NCBI GenBank assembly: GCA_001798105.1
Contig: MGRI01000015.1
Span: 4,761-36,195 of the forward strand
Origin: Deltaproteobacteria bacterium RIFCSPHIGHO2_02_FULL_40_11
Lineage (GTDB): Bacteria; Bdellovibrionota; JACOXK01; 2-02-FULL-40-11
Length of the DNA stretch: 31,435 nt
Reading direction: 5' to 3'
Shown here: one piece after another, positions 27,885 through 31,435 of the stretch
How positions within the stretch are numbered: position 1 is the first letter of the stretch
How the letters are laid out: each line of letters starts with the position of its first letter
Made by a program: the position numbers and the translations under genes
Notes under the pieces: generated by a model
The model's input: the letters and a program-made list of their open reading frames with translations, nothing else
The model's database searches: none
What the model was told of the DNA's origin: nothing

Positions 27885-29468
27885 ATGTCTTATTTAGTAC
27901 TTGCAAGAAAATGGCGTCCCACCAGCTTTCATGAGCTGATTGGGCAAACGCATGTCAGCCAAACCCTGCAAAATGCCATGGCACAAAATCGCCTGGCACA
28001 TGCTTTTTTATTTTGTGGTCCAAGAGGTGTTGGGAAAACATCGGCAGCGCGCATTTTGGCAAAAACACTCATGTGTCAAAATGGAAAAAACTTCACCCCA
28101 TGCAATACTTGCCCATTGTGTCACGAAATTGCAAAAGGCAGTTCGATCGATGTCATTGAAGTAGACGGCGCTTCCAATAACGGCGTGGATGCTATTCGAG
28201 AGCTTAGAGAACGTGCCAATTACATGCCGACCCAGGGCCAATATAAAATCTATATTATTGATGAAGTGCATATGCTTTCTACCAGTGCCTTTAATGCCCT
28301 TTTAAAAATTTTAGAAGAACCCCCTGCCCATTTAAAATTTATTTTTGCAACAACCGAAGCACATAAAATTCCAGCAACAATTCTTTCCAGGTGCCAAAAA
28401 TTCGATTTTAAAAAGATCCCCTTAAAACTTTTGTGCGAACATCTTTTAAAAGTCGCGACGGACGAAAACATAGACATTGAAAATGATGCTGTGATGAAAA
28501 TTGCAAAAGAAGCCCGGGGCAGTTTCCGAGATGCGCTTTCGCTTCTAGATCAATCCCGAACCTTTGCAGGGGATAAAATTACCTTAAAAGATCTGCAAGA
28601 AATGTTGGGAACGGCCAATGAAGAAGCTTTATTTGATCTTCTAGACAAAATATTTGAAAAAAATGCCTCTCTTACTTTAAAAACGCTATTTCAAATTTAT
28701 GAAAGAGGGCAAGATCCAAAACAATTGGCCACCGAACTTTTAACTTATTTCAGAGCGCTCCTTTTAATGAAAGTAACAGACGGCCAGGCTTTTGAAAAAG
28801 AAAATCCATTGGATTTAACAGATCATGAAAAAACAGCGCTTCAAAACCTTGCACATAAAACAACCCTTGAGGAACTGGAACAAATGTTTCAAATTCTCAT
28901 TCGTTCCCTTCAAGACATGTCTTATACCTTACATCCCAGATTTGTTTTTGAAGCAACGCTGGTAAAGCTTTTGCAACTTCGCCCGCTGGTTCAACTAGAT
29001 GAACTTGTACAAAGAGTTGAAGCGCTCTCTCAAGGAGAGGCACCGATCCCGAAACCTTCGGCCGCACCTGAAACAATACAGTGGGATAAGCTGGTTGGGT
29101 ATATTAAGACCAAAAAACCCTCTTTAGCAGCGCTTCTGGAGCATGGCCATTTTGTGGGAAGTAGCCATGGAAAACTCACCCTTGGCTTCCCAAAGGGATC
29201 TGTTTTTTTTAAAATTGTTTCCAATGCAGAAAACGTTTCTAACTGTGAGCAGCTGGCCTCGCGGTTTTTAAATCAAAAAATTTCCTTCTGTGTTACAGAA
29301 ATGGAATCCAAAACAGACACCAAAAGTATTGTGGAAAAAGCAGAAAGTGAACATGAAAGCATAAAAAAAAAGACTTTAGCAAGTCCTTGGGTGCAAAAAG
29401 CACAAAAGATTTTTGAAGGAAAAGTTGTTGATATTACAATTGAAGAAGAAAAGGGGGATACAAAATGA
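27885..29468 (+). CDS. dnaX: DNA polymerase III subunit gamma/tau
   Basis: LARKWRP, GPRGVGKTS, PCNTCPLC, EVDGASNNGVD, IIDEVHMLS and LSRCQ motifs. Confidence 0.98.
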   Translation: MSYLVLARKWRPTSFHELIGQTHVSQTLQNAMAQNRLAHAFLFCGPRGVGKTSAARILAKTLMCQNGKNFTPCNTCPLCHEIAKGSSIDVIEVDGASNNGVDAIRELRERANYMPTQGQYKIYIIDEVHMLSTSAFNALLKILEEPPAHLKFIFATTEAHKIPATILSRCQKFDFKKIPLKLLCEHLLKVATDENIDIENDAVMKIAKEARGSFRDALSLLDQSRTFAGDKITLKDLQEMLGTANEEALFDLLDKIFEKNASLTLKTLFQIYERGQDPKQLATELLTYFRALLLMKVTDGQAFEKENPLDLTDHEKTALQNLAHKTTLEELEQMFQILIRSLQDMSYTLHPRFVFEATLVKLLQLRPLVQLDELVQRVEALSQGEAPIPKPSAAPETIQWDKLVGYIKTKKPSLAALLEHGHFVGSSHGKLTLGFPKGSVFFKIVSNAENVSNCEQLASRFLNQKISFCVTEMESKTDTKSIVEKAESEHESIKKKTLASPWVQKAQKIFEGKVVDITIEEEKGDTK

Positions 29469-29785
29469 GTAAACTTTTTGGAGGCATGGGCAATATGTTG
29501 AAACAAGCTCAAAAAATGCAAGCCGAAATGAAAAAAATACAAGAAGGATTAGCTCAAAAAACCGTAGAAGCCTCGAGCGGAGGGGGAATGGTAAAGGTTG
29601 TCGCCAATGGCAAACAAGAAATTATTTCAATTCAAATTGAACCAGAGGTTTTAAAAGAAGACAAATCCATGGTGGAAGATCTGGTAACGGCTGCCGTCAA
29701 TGAAGCCATTCAAGAATCTCAAAAAATGGTTCAAAACGAAATGGGACGTCTCACAGGAGGGCTGAATATTCCTGGCCTCTTTTAA
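29465..29785 (+). CDS. ybaB: YbaB/EbfC nucleoid-associated protein
   Basis: MLKQAQKMQ, SSGGGMVKV and EDLVTAAVNEA motifs; lies between dnaX and recR. Confidence 0.95.
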   Translation: MSKLFGGMGNMLKQAQKMQAEMKKIQEGLAQKTVEASSGGGMVKVVANGKQEIISIQIEPEVLKEDKSMVEDLVTAAVNEAIQESQKMVQNEMGRLTGGLNIPGLF

Positions 29786-29790
29786 TTTTC

Positions 29791-30387
29791 ATGGAACAAA
29801 AAACACCCCTTGTAAAATTGGTTAATGAGCTGTCAAAACTTCCGGGCGTGGGGGAAAAAACAGCGACACGCCTGGCATTTCATATTTTAAAATCGGACCA
29901 TGCTTACGCAAAGAGTCTTTCGCAATCCATTCTTGAAATTAAGGAAAAAATTCGCCTCTGCTCCATTTGTTTTGATTTAACAGAACACAATCCCTGTGCG
30001 TTGTGTTCCAATGCACACAGAAATGAAACAGAAATTTGCGTCGTAGAAGAACCTCAAGACATGATGGCCATTGAAAAGGCAAAAGTATTTTCAGGAACAT
30101 ATCATATTTTACATGGCACCCTTTCGCCCATTCATAATATTGGCCCCGACCAACTTAAAGTGAGAGAACTGTTAACCAGACTTCAAACCAAAGACGTTCA
30201 GGAAATTATTTTAGCGACCAACCCCTCGGTGGAAGGTGAGGCTACAGCTTTATATCTTGTAAAACTTTTAAAACAATTTCCCATAAAAATTACACGCATT
30301 GCCCATGGGGTTCCAACAGGCGGAGATTTGGAATACATTGACACAGCCACCATTGGCAATGCCATGAAATATAGAGTAACACTGTAA
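29791..30387 (+). CDS. recR: Recombination mediator RecR
   Basis: LPGVGEKTATRLA, C4 zinc finger, ICVVEEPQD and EIILATNPSVEGEATA motifs. Confidence 0.98.
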   Translation: MEQKTPLVKLVNELSKLPGVGEKTATRLAFHILKSDHAYAKSLSQSILEIKEKIRLCSICFDLTEHNPCALCSNAHRNETEICVVEEPQDMMAIEKAKVFSGTYHILHGTLSPIHNIGPDQLKVRELLTRLQTKDVQEIILATNPSVEGEATALYLVKLLKQFPIKITRIAHGVPTGGDLEYIDTATIGNAMKYRVTL

Positions 30388-30388
30388 A

Positions 30389-30976
30389 ATGTCTTTTATT
30401 AATACCGCATCCAAAGAAATAAACTGTAAGGTGGTTTATTACGGCCCAGGATTAAGTGGAAAAACCACAAATCTTCAATACGTGTATGCGAAAACCAATC
30501 CAGAGCTCAAAGGAAAAATGATTTCTTTGGCGACCGAAACAGAACGAACCCTTTTTTTTGATTTTTTACCCTTAGCCATTGGCCCCATTCGCGGCTTTAA
30601 TATTCGCTTTCATTTGTATACGGTTCCTGGCCAAGCGTATTATGATGCCAGTCGAAAATTAATTCTGAAAGGCGTCGATGGAATGGTTTTTGTTGCAGAT
30701 TCTCAACTGAACCGAATGGAAGAAAATTTAGAAAGTTTCTCAAATTTAAAAATAAATTTAGAAGACCAAGGCTACACCTTAAAAACCCTGCCCCATGTTA
30801 TTCAATACAATAAACGCGATTTATCGAACATTGCCCCCACACAAGAATTAAGCAGAAATTTAAACGAATTTGACGCCCCTGAATTTGAAGCCATTGCCAC
30901 CCAAGGCCTCGGCGTTTTTGAAACCCTAAAATCCATCTCCAAAAAAATCCTCAAAGCATTAAGGGATGAAGCGTAA
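30389..30976 (+). CDS. mglA: MglA-family small Ras-like GTPase
   Basis: MSFIN..KEINCKVVYYGPGLSGKTTN, TETERTLFFDFLP, LYTVPGQ and QYNKRD motifs; closely matches Myxococcus MglA as recalled. Confidence 0.93.
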   Translation: MSFINTASKEINCKVVYYGPGLSGKTTNLQYVYAKTNPELKGKMISLATETERTLFFDFLPLAIGPIRGFNIRFHLYTVPGQAYYDASRKLILKGVDGMVFVADSQLNRMEENLESFSNLKINLEDQGYTLKTLPHVIQYNKRDLSNIAPTQELSRNLNEFDAPEFEAIATQGLGVFETLKSISKKILKALRDEA

Positions 30977-30992
30977 AATCTCATAGAAAGGA

Positions 30993-31021
30993 TTGACAAG
31001 AAAATCTCTTTTCAATACTGT
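30993..31021 (+). promoter_or_regulatory. Putative sigma70 promoter of the tRNA-Asn gene
   Basis: Consensus TTGACA (30993-30998), 17 nt, TACTGT (31016-31021), 19 nt before the tRNA. Confidence 0.6.
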
Positions 31022-31040
31022 TACTTTCATATTTTGGCGC

Positions 31041-31075
31041 TCCCCGATAGCTCAGTTGGTAGAGCAATTGACTGT
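31041..31075 (+). tRNA. tRNA-Asn (GTT) 5' exon, positions 1-35; 3' exon not in window
   Basis: TCCCCGA-TA-GCTC-AGTTGGTA-GAGC-A-ATTGA-CT-GT is a canonical Asn-type 5' half; the expected TAA-TCAAT continuation is replaced by unrelated sequence. Confidence 0.8.
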
Positions 31076-31435
31076 AAACGGGAGGGCATGAACGGAGAGA
31101 TAATTGGCGAAAGAAAAGCGTACCTATAACGATCGTAGAAAGTACATCATAGCAGCTGTTCAGAAGCGTAGAAGAAAAGTTCGCATGCTGGCTGTGACCT
31201 ATAAAGGTGGTAGTTGTAAAAGATGTGGGTATGATCGTTGTTTGGAGGCTCTTGATTTTCACCATTTGGATCCAACTAAAAAGGACTTTAGTATTTCATC
31301 TAAGGGTTATACTCGTAGCTGGAAAAAAGTTCAGGCAGAGCTGGATAAATGCATTATGGTGTGTGCTAATTGTCACCGAGAAATTCATGCTGAACTAGCA
31401 GCTCTTAGAAGAAATTCTAAGATGAACAGTGGGCT
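31076..31435 (+). mobile_element. Probable group I intron in the tRNA anticodon (35/36), runs off the window
   Basis: Insertion follows a U; candidate internal guide GCAG at 31398-31401 pairs with exon CUGU including the U-G wobble; 8-bp hairpin with GAAA loop at 31403-31422 (P2-like); HNH ORF in the L1 loop. Catalytic core not visible. Confidence 0.72.
31104..31435 (+). CDS. HNH endonuclease (putative homing endonuclease), 3' end outside window
   Basis: TTG start 6 nt after GGAG; MAKEKRTYNDRRKY...GGSCKRCGYDRCLEALDFHHLDPTKKDFSIS...ELDKCIMVCANCHREIH: CxxC, FHH and CxxCH..H. Absent from the ORF track. Confidence 0.88.
   Translation, partial: MAKEKRTYNDRRKYIIAAVQKRRRKVRMLAVTYKGGSCKRCGYDRCLEALDFHHLDPTKKDFSISSKGYTRSWKKVQAELDKCIMVCANCHREIHAELAALRRNSKMNSG

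Noticed and set aside
1001-30999. Numerous 60-120 aa shadow ORFs in the track
   Set aside because: They lie within or antisense to well-supported genes and show no recognisable motifs.
31041-31085. Intact tRNA-Tyr (loop reads CT GTA AA) or tRNA-Thr
   Set aside because: The 5' anticodon strand ATTGA has no complement after the loop (CGGGA), there is no T-arm or 3' acceptor strand, and the 5' half is Asn-type with a short D-loop.
31207-31398. 63-aa track ORF MVVVKDVG...
   Set aside because: It is an alternative frame of the HNH ORF (31104 onward), which has clear motifs and an SD.

Overview
AT-rich, gene-dense bacterial chromosomal window, probably from a delta-proteobacterial-type lineage (Bdellovibrionota/Myxococcota-like; inferred from mglA next to recR, nuoLMN and a large TPR protein). 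It holds the 3' end of the nuo operon, selB, a membrane-anchored TPR protein and a housekeeping backbone (serS, three tRNA-Ser, tRNA-Arg, tadA, SRP RNA, dnaX-ybaB-recR-mglA). That backbone is split by three cargo blocks, each just downstream of a tRNA-Ser: (1) nuclease, selenoprotein, GT2 and acetoacetate-CoA ligase; (2) two GT-C-type membrane proteins and a methyltransferase; (3) an amino-sugar cluster plus a sugar symporter and a fungal-type glucoamylase. Three things are missed or misread by the ORF track: (i) a UxxC peroxiredoxin-like selenoprotein with an in-frame UGA and SECIS-like hairpin; (ii) a tRNA-Asn(GTT) gene interrupted at position 35/36 by a probable group I intron carrying an HNH endonuclease, cut off by the window end; (iii) a family of short GGGGWCAGA palindromes inserted in-frame in selB and the acetoacetate-CoA ligase. 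Several host genes look leaderless or nearly so. No CRISPR array, rRNA, integrase or transposase was seen. All family assignments are from motif recognition; no searches were run.
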